64,000 bases of DNA from Octopus sinensis. Taxonomy: Eukaryota. The translations under genes and the position numbers were made by a program. Location: assembly GCF_006345805.1 (NCBI RefSeq), contig NC_043008.1:4092001-4156000 (forward strand), read 5' to 3'. Positions 24,696 to 38,012 of the stretch are shown piece after piece. Positions within the stretch are counted from its first letter, which is position 1; each line of letters begins with the position of its first letter. Under the pieces are notes generated by a model. The model worked only from the letters and a program-made list of their open reading frames with translations. It was not told the DNA's origin and made no database searches.

Positions 24696-25779
24696 ATTGG
24701 TCAATCTGGGGCTATAGTAACAGACACTCAAGTTGTTGTACCATGGAATTGAACCTGATATCACATGGTTGCAAAGCAAGCTTCTTCGCCAGGCAACTAT
24801 AATTACCCTGCATTCCCACTGATTTGATTTTATATTTGTAATGGAGTAGAATCAAAATTTGCAGAGACTTCTTTGCCTTGTGATATTTCTTTAGGTTTGC
24901 TGCTCTGTTAAGTTCAAATGCTAATGAGATTGCTAATGTCTGTTATCTACTTGGGTTGATAATTACCAGGATCAGTTCTTTCCTCTTTCTCAGAAACTGG
25001 GGGTGGGGTGGGTGGGGTCAAGTTATGGGCTTGCAAAAGCAAAAAAAAAAGTGACATGCTGCTGAAGCTGTCCAAGAGTGGTCCAGTGTGCACTGTAGCA
25101 TAAAATAATAATATTGATTTAGATATAGAATATAGTAGGTAGATGAGAGGAAAGAAATAACAGAAGATGGCATAAAATGAAGCATGAGATACAAGAAAGC
25201 TTGAGTGAGAGGAGAAAGATGTGAAGGAGATTGAGGCTTGAGAGTGGGGGGAGGGAGGTTGAAGTGGATGAAAAGATAGAAAGAGAGAGAGGAAGGTGGA
25301 GGAAGGTGGTGATAGCTGGATATTCAAAGAGATTTATAAGACATTGCAAAGAAAGACAGACAATGATAAAGGACACTGTGAGATGTTAAAAAACGAAAAT
25401 CAAGTAATTCTAAAGGAAATGGTTTGTCTTCTTACATTTCCTGGGTACTAGGTCTCTTTTGTTCAGTCTCCAACCCTTCTGCTTTCTTGTTTTCATAAAC
25501 TCCCTACCATATTTTCTTCCTCCAGTTTCCCTTCCTCTTTCATTCCCATCTTCTTTGACATTTTCCCCTTCGTCCTTCTTCTCCACCCACCCCTTTTATC
25601 TTCTTTTTCTCTTGTTCTGGTCCCTTCTATTTCAAACTGCCTTTTTGCACCACTTTTTTTTAACAATATGTTTAAATCTCACTTGTAATAATGACAAGCA
25701 TCCACTCTAAAAAAAGGGAGTTGAAACATCAGGTTCTGTGGTAAAGAAACATAAACATATATATATATATATATATACA

Positions 25780-26165
25780 TACTTGCAGTATCACCCGGCA
25801 TTGCTCGGGTTTGTTTCGACCCTTTAGAATTAGAATTTTTGAATGGTAAAAATTTTGCATTATGTAGCTTGTTATTCTCTTTAAGTGAACATTTTTCTGG
25901 TTCAAATACACCGAAAAAATGGTGACACAGCAGTAAAAAAAATCGTAAAAAAATAAGGATTTTCATAGAAAAAAAGCACTTTTTTGATGTAAATAGTTTT
26001 TGGTGTTCACATGATCCGATTTGAATTTTTTCTTCTACGGAAGGAAGAGCAACCCTTCTTCTATCATACTTTCAATTTTGGTCAACTTGCGCTGCAGGGT
26101 CTTGGAGGAGATAGTGTTAGTTGAAGGCTACCAAACCTGCCATACACAGACAACTTCAGCTTTAT
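25780..26165 (-). mobile_element. Non-autonomous Helitron-like element, copy 1
   Basis: Minus strand starts (TA)n-aaagctgaagttgtctgtg and ends with hairpin acccgagcaatgccgggt ~8 nt before CAAG|T (CTAG-like terminus). Confidence 0.7.
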
Positions 26166-26197
26166 ATATATATATATATATTATATATATATATACA

Positions 26198-26583
26198 TAC
26201 TTGCAGTATCACCCGGCATTGCTCGGGTTTGTTTCGACCCTTTAGAATTAGAATTTTTGAATGGTAAAAATTTTGCATTATGTAGCTTGTTATTCTCTTT
26301 AAGTGAACATTTTTCTGGTTCAAATACACCGAAAAAATGGTGACACAGCAGTAAAAAAAATCGTAAAAAAATAAGGATTTTCATAGAAAAAAAGCACTTT
26401 TTTGATGTAAATAGTTTTTGGTGTTCACATGATCCGATTTGAATTTTTTCTTCTACGGAAGGAAGAGCAACCCTTCTTCTATCATACTTTCAATTTTGGT
26501 CAACTTGCGCTGCAGGGTCTTGGAGGAGATAGTGTTAGTTGAAGGCTACCAAACCTGCCATACACAGACAACTTCAGCTTTAT
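26198..26583 (-). mobile_element. Non-autonomous Helitron-like element, copy 2 (tandem, period 418 bp)
   Basis: No differences from copy 1 seen by eye; the ORF track gives the same N-terminal peptide starting at 25966 and 26384 on the minus strand. Confidence 0.7.
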
Positions 26584-26591
26584 ATATATAT

Positions 26592-26642
<51 letters not shown>

Positions 26643-26662
26643 ATATATATATACATATATAT

Positions 26663-27120
26663 AGGTACAGGTGTGGCTGTGTGGTAAGAAGTTCACATGT
26701 TAACTGTATATTTCCAGGTTTAGTCGTACTTCTTGTCTTCTTGGGTAATTATCTTCTACAATAGTGTCAGGTTAACCAAGGCCTTGTGAGTGAATTTGGC
26801 AGAGGGAAACTGAAAGAAACCCGTCATGTATGTGTGTGTGTGAGCATGTGTGTGTGCATGTGTATCTGTATGTGTGCATGTTAACTGTGTCCTTGCTTTG
26901 ACATTACATGATAGTTGTAAACAAGTATCATTGTCATAAAAGTGTTGACTTTTATTAGCAAATTTTCATGGAAATATCACCTTACTTGGAAACAGGTAAG
27001 GGTTGGTGACAGGTGAGGCACCCTGTTGTAGAAAATCTGCCTCAACAAGTTCCATTTGACATATGTAGGCATGGAAAAGTATGTATCTATCTGGAAAAGT
27101 AGATGTTAAAACATTGATCA
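26663..27120 (+). mobile_element. SINE family A head with RTE-type tail 2
   Basis: ggtgtggctgtgtggtaagaag head, (GT) hinge, then ggaaatatcaccttacttggaaacagg...gtagaaaatctgcctcaac...gcatggaaaagt. Confidence 0.85.
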
Positions 27121-27814
27121 TATCACACTCACACACACATGCGCGCGCACATATTTGTTTATTTGCTTCCTGTCTGTTTTGCCACACTTACACAAACTGG
27201 CTGAGTACTACTTGAGGCATTCTTTTACAGCCTGTGTTAAAGAGATCACTTCTTCCATATGACTTCGAAGGTACAAAGTATCTGCACTTTTGGTTGCCAG
27301 GGGAAACTAACAACAACACATACCATTACACTCTCACACATGCAATCACATATCTAAAAAAAGAACACACACACACCCAAAAGCATGCTCACTAACACAT
27401 GTATGCACATTCACATACACACACATATATACACATATATATATACATACTTGCACACATGCATATATAGTGAGAGAGAACATGTATAAAGGGAAAGAGA
27501 TAGATACATAGACATAGATAGATAGATAGATAAATAGATATATATAGAGAGAGATGTATGCATTCCTTTGTTAGTTTTGTTCCTGTATCTCTATAGTTAG
27601 CCATGTTGAATGAACATTCTATTTGTGGCATTGTTTTACAGCCAGATGCCCTTACCTGTTTTTCAAGTAAGGGAGCATTTATTCCTCTTAATCAATACTG
27701 CTTCAAAGGCATGAATTCTTCGGGGGATTTATTGACAACACCTGCTGCTTCGCTTTCATAGAAACAATCACAAATGCAAACACTCGTGCATGTTATACAC
27801 AAGCACACACAGAC

Positions 27815-28268
27815 ATCGTCATTGTCGTTTTAGCATGCACCTTTTTCATGCTCACATGGGTCAGCCAGAATTTATTTAGGCACATTTTTCTATGGCTAGT
27901 TGCCCTTACCTGTTCCCAAGCAAACTGGAATTTCCACCTGGCCGGACACGTTTTTTGCAAAATATTAGAATTGACGAATACTACTTCTTTGACAGTAACA
28001 CTCCTTCACAAATAACTATCAACTGATGTCAAAACAAGCAGACAAATATGCATGCACACACACACACACACACACACACGTACACACACACACACACAAT
28101 GGTCCTCTTTTACTGTATATCTACCAAACTACCAAATCAATTCATATGGATTTGGTCAGCACAGAGCTATAGTAGATGACATTACCCCAAGGTTCCATGT
28201 GATGGGACTGAACCTAAAACCTCATGGTTAGGAAGCAAACTTCTCAACCACAAAGCCATGCTTACACC
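27815..28268 (-). mobile_element. SINE family A head with tail 2
   Basis: Reverse-complement organisation of the 26663 copy (cccaaggttcc..gggactgaacc..cttctcaaccacaaagccatgc). Confidence 0.75.
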
Positions 28269-28925
28269 TCTGTATATTTCTCTTAGATATTTATAAATCT
28301 ACATGTTTTAAAAATAACTCAAAATATAGATTTTACTATAATTTACGAACATTTTATTTTCAAATATCAGTTTGAAGAGAAGTCGTTCCTGAAAACAGCC
28401 CTTTATAAAATAAACTTGTGAAAAAAATTAACCAGATACCAACAGTAGTTGTAAATATTTCTCTATCGCTTTATTTACAGGTCTACTATGTTTTAGTGGA
28501 CAAAATAGAATTTTCCCTTTTTTTCACTTTTATTCATAAAATAGTTTATCTGAAGTTTGAGAAACTTTTGCTATATCACAAAACATATTTCTTTATTCCA
28601 TTTATTTTGGTGGGGGGGGGGGTATTAAAAATGAAAAATATATATATAACGATTATTGTTATACTTTTAATGTTTATGAACAGAGAATATAAAATAATTT
28701 ATAGATTATGAACAAGGAAAATAAAATGATTCATAGATTATGTTCAAGGGGAAAAAAAAAATAATAATAATTCTTAAACAATGCCAAGAAAAAGAAATTG
28801 TTTTTAAGAAGTAGGAATGACAAATATTATTGATTTTAAAATTTGAAAAGTCATTTTTGAAACTATATTATTGCTTCAATAAAACTATTCTAACACACAG
28901 TGCCCTGAGTATATACATATATATA

Positions 28926-28971
<46 letters not shown>

Positions 28972-29509
28972 CATTTTTGTTTCATTAAGGCCGTCCTTTT
29001 TTTTCCCCTACTTACTAGGAGGTTTTTCAGTTATCTTATAACACTGAACACTTCACAAAAGAGAGTGATTGAAAAGAAGGGAGAGAATGGAAGGGGAAGC
29101 TTGTAAGTTGAATCTCAAGAAGTCTGACATATTGCTAAAGTTTCCAAGGAAATATTATAACTGATGATGTTGGGAACAATGATATAATTAAGATACAATA
29201 TGAATTGTAAAAGTTAAAATTGAGATATTTTTCAATGATAGTTTATTGTGTAAGAGGAAAAAAGAAAAGAAAAAACATCAATAAAATTTGAGAAGACTGA
29301 TTCACTTTAGTCAATGAACTAATCAACTTATCTGTATTAACAACAAGAATTCATTTACAAAGTAAATGACAAGTTCGTTTTCACTTAAAGTCATTGCAGA
29401 ACGAAATACATCACTGAAGAATTTCTGTCTCCTTAATGTGGCCCTTTTGAACCCCACCCCCTCACCTCAAGAGCTACCTCTCTGGTTCTTCTGCCAACTC
29501 TCATTTGAA

Positions 29510-29685
29510 GGTATTGGTGTGGTTGCATGGTTGGTTTGCTTCCCAACTTCACAGTCCCAGGCTCACTCCCATGCTGCAGCGACTTGAGTAAACCTTTTAC
29601 TATGAACCCTTGGCCAACCAGAACCTTGTTAGGGAATTTGGTTGACAGAAACTGTTTGGAAGCCTGTTCTCTGTGTGTGCGTGCG
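29510..29685 (+). mobile_element. SINE family A head
   Basis: ggtgtggttgcatggtt..ttgcttcccaac...ccttgttagggaatttggttgacagaaactg. Confidence 0.65.
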
Positions 29686-29845
29686 TATATATATATATGT
29701 ATATATATATGTAAATATGTATATATATATATGTGTATATATATATATGTATATATATATATATGTATATATGTATATATATACATATATATATATGTGT
29801 GTATATGTATATATATATATATGTATATGTGTATATATATATGTG

Positions 29846-29876
<31 letters not shown>

Positions 29877-30162
29877 GTATATATGTATATATATACATAT
29901 ATATATATGTGTGTATATGTATATATATATATGTAATGTATATATATATATATATGTATGTATATATATATATAATATATATATATATGTATATATATGT
30001 ATATATATATACATATTTATATATATATGTATATATATAATATGTATATATATATATATATATATTATATATGTATATGTATATATATGTATATGTATAT
30101 ATATGTATATGTATATATATGTATATGTATATATAATATATATGTATATGTATATGTATATA

Positions 30163-30213
<51 letters not shown>

Positions 30214-30298
30214 GTATATATATGTATATGTATATATATGTATATGTATATATATATGTATATATATGTATATATATGTATATGTATATATATATATA
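29686..30298. repeat. ~610-bp (TA)n/(TATG)n microsatellite expansion
   Basis: Direct reading; generates the spurious 324/299/274-aa YI-repeat ORFs. Confidence 0.97.
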
Positions 30299-30374
30299 AA
30301 ATTGATAAAATGAGTGCAATAAACTTGCCAGTGCACACCAACATCAGCCTCAATGGAGTCTGTTTTATTATATG

Positions 30375-30406
<32 letters not shown>

Positions 30407-30674
30407 TGTATCACAGAGAACAGTAGCAGCACAATATTCCAGCTGCCAGACATCGCTGCATGTAATGTTCCACTGCTTTATAACTCGCACACAAAGAAAA
30501 CAATAAAATCGTGAATTTTACTATCAAAATACAGATGACATCAATAATTTTGATTTTCCACCTTAAGAGATGAAATTCCTGACAGTCATAAAAATTTGAA
30601 CATTCCATTTCAAAAGACAAACATTAAAACAAAATGCCAGTGCATTAATAAATCACTAATGTGTTGAGTGAGCT

Positions 30675-30855
30675 TCTGTGCGGTCACTTAACAAACTAGA
30701 AATAGCAGCCAATCTTTTAAAGTATGTCCCACTGTTTTTAGAACATGAAGAACTCATTAGACAGTTCAGTCATAGATGTATAAAAAGATACAATGATCAA
30801 GGCTGCTGTTTCTTTGATCATGGGGTCTGCTGGTTCAAAGCTAAACAACAACCAC
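30675..30855 (-). mobile_element. Family E interspersed repeat (SINE-like); other copies near 620-740, 12955-13155, 31300-31450, 34330-34510, 41270-41410, 43940-44075, 56290-56460, 60140-60300
   Basis: Shared motifs ctagaaatagcagccaa(atct) and tttgatcat.ggtctgct....ggctaaacaacaac. Confidence 0.65.
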
Positions 30856-31897
30856 AGTCGTTTGTGCTATAAAACATGAACAAACAGGAAATAATACCAA
30901 CTCAAAACCAAGCAAAGAAACAGAAGAAATTACTGAACACAATTTCCAAGATGTCGTGTAATAAAGAAATATTTAATTTCTAACACACTCCAGCACATCA
31001 AACCATAAAATATAAAATTATTCTATAACTTAGCAGTCATAGAAATCCGTTTATGTACTGAAGAAATATATTTCTTCAATACTATAGCTAGCACTAAACG
31101 ATACAACCTTACTTTATATCAGTTATGAACCCACTGTGGTTTGCAGATTTGCTGAATGGCACACCTGACAAAAAAAAAGAAAAAGAAAAAGAAATTACCT
31201 TGAATTATTTTAATAATGCAACCTTCTTGATGATGAACTATGTTTCATGCAGTCTGCTTCTCAAGAAAGGTTGCCCATGTCTGTTTTATACCATGTGCCA
31301 AAAGAGCCTCTAAGCTGTTACTCAACCTGCTAGAAAAAGCAGCTCTTTTATAGAGCAAAAATAAATTAATAAAAAGATAGACTGGTCTTTTGTTCAGAGA
31401 TGTGTTTGATCAGAGCTCATCCAGCAGCAAACAGCACAAAGATGACAACAACAAAGGATTTTTTTTATGTTTTTACTTAGTAATCTACAACACAATATTT
31501 TGCATCTCACATGACACCCAACATTAATATCTTCCTCAATGTACAAAATAAACAAACAAATAGTTTAGTTTTAGCTGTGTTCAGCTAATTGATATTGCTA
31601 TTCAGAATGAAGGTATAGCAGGACACCATTCTGATTACCAATCAGGCTTTTGAATTACACACTGTCATCTGTGTGAGTCTAAGAAATGCTTAGATACTTG
31701 CACTTGTCAAACAAATAAACTAAACACTTTACATAGGCATTTGCCTTGCAAGTAACAGCAGCCAACTCTCCCTCAACACCCTACCATCTGAAAAAAAAAA
31801 TCAAAGGACCCATTGGATAGACAATGTGGATCTGGATTCATAAAACGATGAGACATCCATGGCTTGAATAGGTTTTCTTTTTCATAATTTTAAGAGT

Positions 31898-32190
31898 TTA
31901 GTCAATGGAGGAAGTAGAGTGTCTGTCTGTGTCTTCTAGGACTGGTGGGAGGGAATTATCTTCAGGCTGGAGGTCTGACTTGATTACTTGCAACAGAGTG
32001 TGGTCTGATAAAGGCACCCAAGGGCTTAGCTGTGATATTAGCTGGACAATGGAGTATGTTTGACACTCATGAGCCGGAACAGTTCCACTGATGTCTTTGA
32101 CCAACAAAAAAAAAAAGAAAGAAAAACAGAAGTGGAAGACCCTAGCCTCAGGTCCAATGCTATGGAGTTTACTCAATCAGGACAGAACTC
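31898..32190 (-). mobile_element. Decayed CR1-like reverse transcriptase fragment
   Basis: LSKLHSIG...LSDHTLLQVIKSDL...LEDTDRHSTSS is spaced like LLSKL..G...PQGS.LSPTLF...I.DL...YADDT.LHSS. Confidence 0.4.
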
Positions 32191-33409
32191 AAATTGAGCA
32201 ACAACTGAACACTTTGCATAATATTTATTATATATCACTAAACTGACAGAAATATTTGAGTTTCTGACTGAATGTGCTTGATTTGTCCTCCTCTCGATTC
32301 TCATTTCAAAATATGCTAACATTCACTTAGAATTCAGTAATAAAATTAAAAAGAAGATATTATGGACTTGAGGTATAATCAATATATTGATGATGAATTT
32401 TGGTTGATGCAAAAGCTTATATATGTATACACACATTCACACAGATGCACACGTGTGTGTGTGTGAATGTATTAACTTTATATATATAATATCTGTGTGA
32501 ATATGTGTTGTATGTGCTTAGGTAGCTTACCAGAGTAAACAGTGCACAGAGTTGTGTATTTCTTTACATCAAATGGTAACTTAGCTAAGTAGAGTCAAAG
32601 AGAAATAAGCATTAGTGCTAGTATGACCAGCAGAAACACTTTGAGCATGGCTACGGTCCACTGACCAAAACCTGTGAAAAGCTAAAAACCAAAGTGGCAG
32701 GATTTCACCAGGTTTTTAAATTGATTACATACTCTTCATGTGTGAAACAGTGACCTTGTACCAACGTAAGGAGTCAATATTCAATGATTATATCAACATA
32801 TAATATTGACTTGTGAAGTGTGTTACTCAATAACAACAAGTTATACTATTCTATACTTTATAATCATGTTACTCAGAGAAAACCAAGTTCATTCAAATTA
32901 ATAATTGACAGACAAATCTCAATTTATACTTGTTGTTTTTGTCCTTTTAGAAATTACAGAATGCTAAATCTTATCATGTTCATTAATTATTGGCAATGCC
33001 ATTACTTCAGAAATTGAGATTTCTTTGGTGCCATGAAGATGATTTTTTTTTTAAAAGATAACTCAGAATATTAAGAAAAAGGCAAATTCTTACAGTCTTC
33101 GCTTCTTGTAACATATTGCAAATGAAAGGAACTTATTGCATTAGGAAACAATCTTCGTTATCAAATTTATCTTAATTATTTGTCTTATAGATCTTTTAGG
33201 TGGAACAAATGTATTCGATTGAAGCAATAGAAGACACACGAGCTGACAAGACTGATCACACAATCAACCACGTAATCTTGATCCCCCACCCCCACCCCTT
33301 GCATATAGTCTTTTTATATTCCATATTATATATTAGACATTTCTGCATGAAGAGTAAGGCCAGTGGGTTGGTAGAATTACAAGACTATCAGACTCAGTCA
33401 TCAGCATCA

Positions 33410-33850
33410 TCATCATCATTGTATAAAGGACACACTTCCTTGGGTCAGACTGAATGTCTTGAGCCAGATTTTTGTCTGTTGGATGCCGTTCCTGTCACCA
33501 ACTCTCACCTGTTTCCAAGCAAGGTAACATTGCCTCATGACCTGACGTGCTTTTAACAAAAAGCTGGAAACAAACAACATCAGTTGTGTGACAGTAATGT
33601 GCATTTATTACAGCCATGACTTCAACACAACAGAATACACAAACACTCACAAATACATGCACGCACACACACACACACACACAATGGGTTTCTTTCAGTT
33701 TCTCTCTATCAAATCCAATCACAAGGCTTTGGTTAGCCCAGGGCTATCGTAGAAAACGCCTAAGCTGCAGTACTGTAGCACTAAACCTAAAACTACATGG
33801 GGCGGGGGGGGGGGGGGGGGAGCAAGCTTCTTAACCACACAGCCACACCC
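33410..33850 (-). mobile_element. SINE family A head with tail 2
   Basis: ggatgccgttcctgtcaccaactctcacctgtttccaagcaaggtaa...(CA)n...ttctttcagttt...gcaagcttcttaaccacacagcc. Confidence 0.8.
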
Positions 33851-35750
33851 GCACCCACTAAATATGTCATGGAATTTAGTTTTGAACCTTTAAATTCTCA
33901 ATTCAAATCTCACTAATGTCCTCATTCAACTGGGATGATAAAAATGAAGCCCCACCCCAGTACTTGGGTAGTTTGTTGCTTTATGACTGTGTTAGAAAGC
34001 AATATTGTGATTACAAGAGCTTGGTTGCTAGAATCGTTAGAGCGCTCAGCAAAATGTTTTGCTAAAACTGGGTTCAAATCCCACCTAGGTCAGTTTTGTT
34101 TTATATCCTTACAAAGTTGTTAAAACAATCAACCAGTCTAGTACTGGTATTAATTTAATTAATTACACCCAGCCTCTCAAAACATGTGGCCTTGTTACAT
34201 CATATTATCATCATCATTGTTATAATGTTTACTTTTCCATGTGCCTGATTAATCTTAGAAATTAACAGTAAAAGTAATTTGGTAAGACTGATTAGCTTTC
34301 ACTTGAAAATATAAATTATAAAATTCACATGAAGGGAGCCACTATGTAGTTGCTCAAACTGCTAGAAATAACAACCAAATCATCTTTGCCTTAAGAAAAG
34401 AAGTCTACAATGAACAGTGCAGTTCTAGAGACAGAATAAGTCTAAATGGTCACAGTAGAAATGCTTTAATCATATGTATGTTGAACTGACCTGAGGCCAA
34501 ACAGCAATGGCTACCTGTTTGTTTTCCTGTTACCTTCAGATAAGCATGAAATTAGGAAGAAAGAGAATATCTTAACATTTGACTAATATTATTTATTTCA
34601 GGGATTTTTTTTTTATTTCTAATCACAAATAGCAGTTTTGAAAATCAACATGTAGAGAGCTTGCCACGAAAGCACTTAATAATAGTAAACAACATCAATA
34701 GCAGAATCATTAATAACTACCTAATAATGTTCCGTTAGTAGGAATTGGGAACAGGGGGGAAAATTACATAAAGTAAACTTCAAAAGATTTTTTGTTATTT
34801 ACAATATTTACATCTACTTTACATTTCAGTCAGTTTGGGGCCCAGTCATCATTGAATGTCTTAGTCTTAGATATTGTTCATAGTTCCAGTTTGGTTTCAA
34901 ACTAGGAATCTTTCTTTTTAAACTAAGTGTAATAACTACTTGGCCTGTTTTCCCAAAATGACTTCCAAAGAACTTCAGGGCTCTTATGGAAAATATTTAT
35001 TGACTCCAAGCAAAAGGACTCCTTTTAGTACAATTTGATAAAAGTTGTTGTTTTTTTTTATAAATGATATTAACCATTTTCAAATATAACAATTTATGTT
35101 TTTTATATATTTATATTTATAAAGTTTCTCTCTAAACATCTTTTGTTTCATTTGATGTCTCTTTAAAAATAGGATTGTGGGTGATGTCCTTAAGATATTA
35201 GTATGGATTCTGCAATTTTGAGAAACAATATCAGGGTCTCATAACAAAATATATTTAGGAATCACAGCACTCGGTGATTGGCATATTTTCTTATTATTAT
35301 TTTGTGTTTTTAATTGACATTATTTTTCACTTAATACCATTCTGGCATGCTAAGAGGATTTTAATATTTTCCAGATCTCTTCACAGTCTTTACGGCTGAT
35401 AGGCAAAGCTTGTTAATGCCAACTTCTTTCCCATTATACCTTTATGCCTTTTTACGAAATTAGAATGGCACTCAGTATTTAAGGCTCTTCCACTTGTCAG
35501 TCAGTTCTATTCTTAAATTGATTTGTTGCTTTCTACTTAACATCCTCTCTTAGTAATTGATGCCAGTGTTTGTACAAATCCTTCTCCAGGAGATTTCCTG
35601 TCTAACTAACAGATTCCATTACTTCCTCAACAATTAGTATGACCTCCTGCTGATGACTAAAATCCGAAATATTGTTTGTTTTGTGATTTATATTTCCTAT
35701 TAGTATTTTCCCAATTCATTTGTCTTTTATATTCACTCCAGACGAAAGAA

Positions 35751-36120
35751 TTAAAATTTTTGTTACCATATTTCTATTGAAAAAAGCACAGTCCTTGATT
35801 CTGTTAATTTTAAAAATAATGATAAATTTTTAAAAATAACTTAGTCATTAACTTTATCGTAAATTATTAACAATAACCAAGTTTTTAGTTTGGCATAATT
35901 ATTTCTCATTCGCAGACGTAAATAAACATGAAATTCTGATGAGATCACTTCAAAACAGAAAGTTTGTATCATAGAACATGTTCAGGCGCGGACCCAAGGA
36001 TTTTTTGAAGGGAGGGCACAAGGTCATAAGGAAATACAATTCCAAGAGAAAAGAGTATAATAACATTATTTAGAAGGGTGCACTTGGGTCTGCCCCTCTT
36101 GTTGGTATCAAAAGAGTTAA
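35751..36120. mobile_element. TTAA-flanked piggyBac-like MITE containing a nested MITE
   Basis: ttaa..tttgttaccatatttct...ttggtatcaaaagagttaa; internal motifs shared with 60660-60915 and, inverted, with 46010-46440. Confidence 0.6.
35983..36098. mobile_element. Small MITE with GC-rich TIRs (hAT-like ends)
   Basis: caggcgcggacccaag ... cttgggtctgcccct inverted termini. Confidence 0.6.
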
Positions 36121-36879
36121 ATATGTTAGTGGTTTAATTTTTACTATATTTGGTCAAAGTATCATGAAACTTTAAGGCAAAGCCTCTCTTGCTGTCATAT
36201 TCCAATAACCATACTTCAGTAAGTCCTGTGACACATAAGTCTAACACTTTTCAATATCTCCACGGAAACTCGTTTCCATACAATTATGTTTTGAAACAGA
36301 ATTTATTTTCAGTGATGAAATATTTCTTAATATTTATATCTATACTTCTATAGCCTTTGTTTTGATCTCCATTTATCATAGGCGATTGCCAGTCGAACTA
36401 GTCAAAATGCATCAGAGATGTCATTGTATTACCAATAGCTATGTCATCAATTTAACATAATTATTCCTCATAGGCACCCAGGCTTTGAAATTTTTTTGGA
36501 CAAATTTCACTTGGCAGATGTTAACTGTAAATTTTCTTAAATTATTCTTATTGCATTATATATTCTTATAAAATAATTTACAATCTAAAGTGGATTTTGT
36601 TAAGTCAATGGTCAAAAAAGTGCTTTAGTATTGTCAAAGACATGCAAGTGGTTGGTATGAGGAAAGATATCCAGTTCTTTAAAGCAAACCAAAAAACTAA
36701 TACAAGGGAGAGATGCATTCCTCCAAGCCATCTAAGAAAGCAGATACGGTTGGTCCAACCTATGCTAGATTGGAAATCAGATGTTTAAACAATGGTAGAG
36801 GGCGTGATAATAATAGCAGAAAACCTTTTATAAGGAATATAATGTTTAGTTTCATTATGCAAAATAAAAAATTGTTAGA

Positions 36880-37205
36880 CTTAACCACCAGAGTTCAATT
36901 CCATTGCATGGCACTTTGGGCATAAGTCTTCTACTATAGCTCCGGACCAACTCTGTGAATGAATTTGGTAGACAGAAACTGTGTGGAAGCCCATTGTGTG
37001 TGTGTGTGCATGTTTGGCTCCACCACCATTCGATACTGGTTTGTTTACATCCCTATAACTCAGCAATTTGGTAAAAGTGGCCAATAGAAAGAGTACCAGA
37101 CTTACAAGAATGAGAATCAGTGGGGGGTGGTGAGGTGAATGTGTTGCCGGCTGTAGCCTGACACAAGTCAAAGTTGAATGACTGAAACAAGCAAAACAGA
37201 TAAAA
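36880..37205 (+). mobile_element. SINE family A with tail 1
   Basis: gagttcaattcc..ggcactttgggc.taagtcttctactatagc...ctataactcagc...atgactgaaacaag. Confidence 0.8.
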
Positions 37206-37719
37206 GATGACGAAATTTCTCATCAAATTCTACACCAACTAAACTTTTAAGGATTGAGACTGAACGAAATAGGATTTCACTGAACTTATTTACTTCAAAT
37301 GTTAATGCGTCTCTCGTTCAATAATCAAAGAATTTTATTCAATGTTCAATATACTTCATTACTTCTATTCTTCTTTCTCCTAATGAACATCATTTACTAC
37401 TCACTTAACTAACCATCAAATTAATGTCATTTCACAGACACATTTTAAATGTATTCCTTTTTTTTCTAAAGAACATATTTCAGTTGTTGTTGTTGTTGTT
37501 ATTTAGCCCTAGTCAGCCTTCACTAGGACTCGAATCAAAAGTATTCAGTCAAGTGAGTCCATTTCTGAACTGAATACAAATATATATCTAGTACAGACAG
37601 ATCACAGGGTAGCACCATTGGCAGGGTAGTGAGAGGGGCTGCTGTGCTAAGAGAAGTTAAGCTAAGTTAGGAGGGATGAAGGACAGGTAGAAGGAAGGGA
37701 TAATTGACAAGTTAGCAAT

Positions 37720-38012
37720 TAGTCCCACTGAGTGGCACCTTGAGCAAGTGTCTTCTACTATAGCCTTGGGCCAACCAAAGTCCATTGTATGCATATTTAT
37801 AATATATATGTATATGTATTAATATGTGTGTGTCTTTGTATCTATGTTTGTCTCTGCCACCCAACATCACTTGACAACCAGTGTTGGTGTGTTTACATAC
37901 CCATAACTTAGCAGTTCAGCAAAAGAGAGTGATAGAAAAAGTACTAAGCTTAAAAAGAAGGTGGTGCTCTAGCATGGGTGCGGTCAGATGACTGAAACAA
38001 GTAAAAGAATGA
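37720..38012 (+). mobile_element. SINE family A with tail 1, 5'-truncated
   Basis: agtcccactgagtggcaccttgagcaagtgtcttctactatagcc...gatgactgaaacaagtaaaaga. Confidence 0.85.

Noticed and set aside
29433-30453. Longest ORFs (324, 299, 274 aa)
   Set aside because: YI/YM/CI repeats translated from a stop-free TA/TATG microsatellite.
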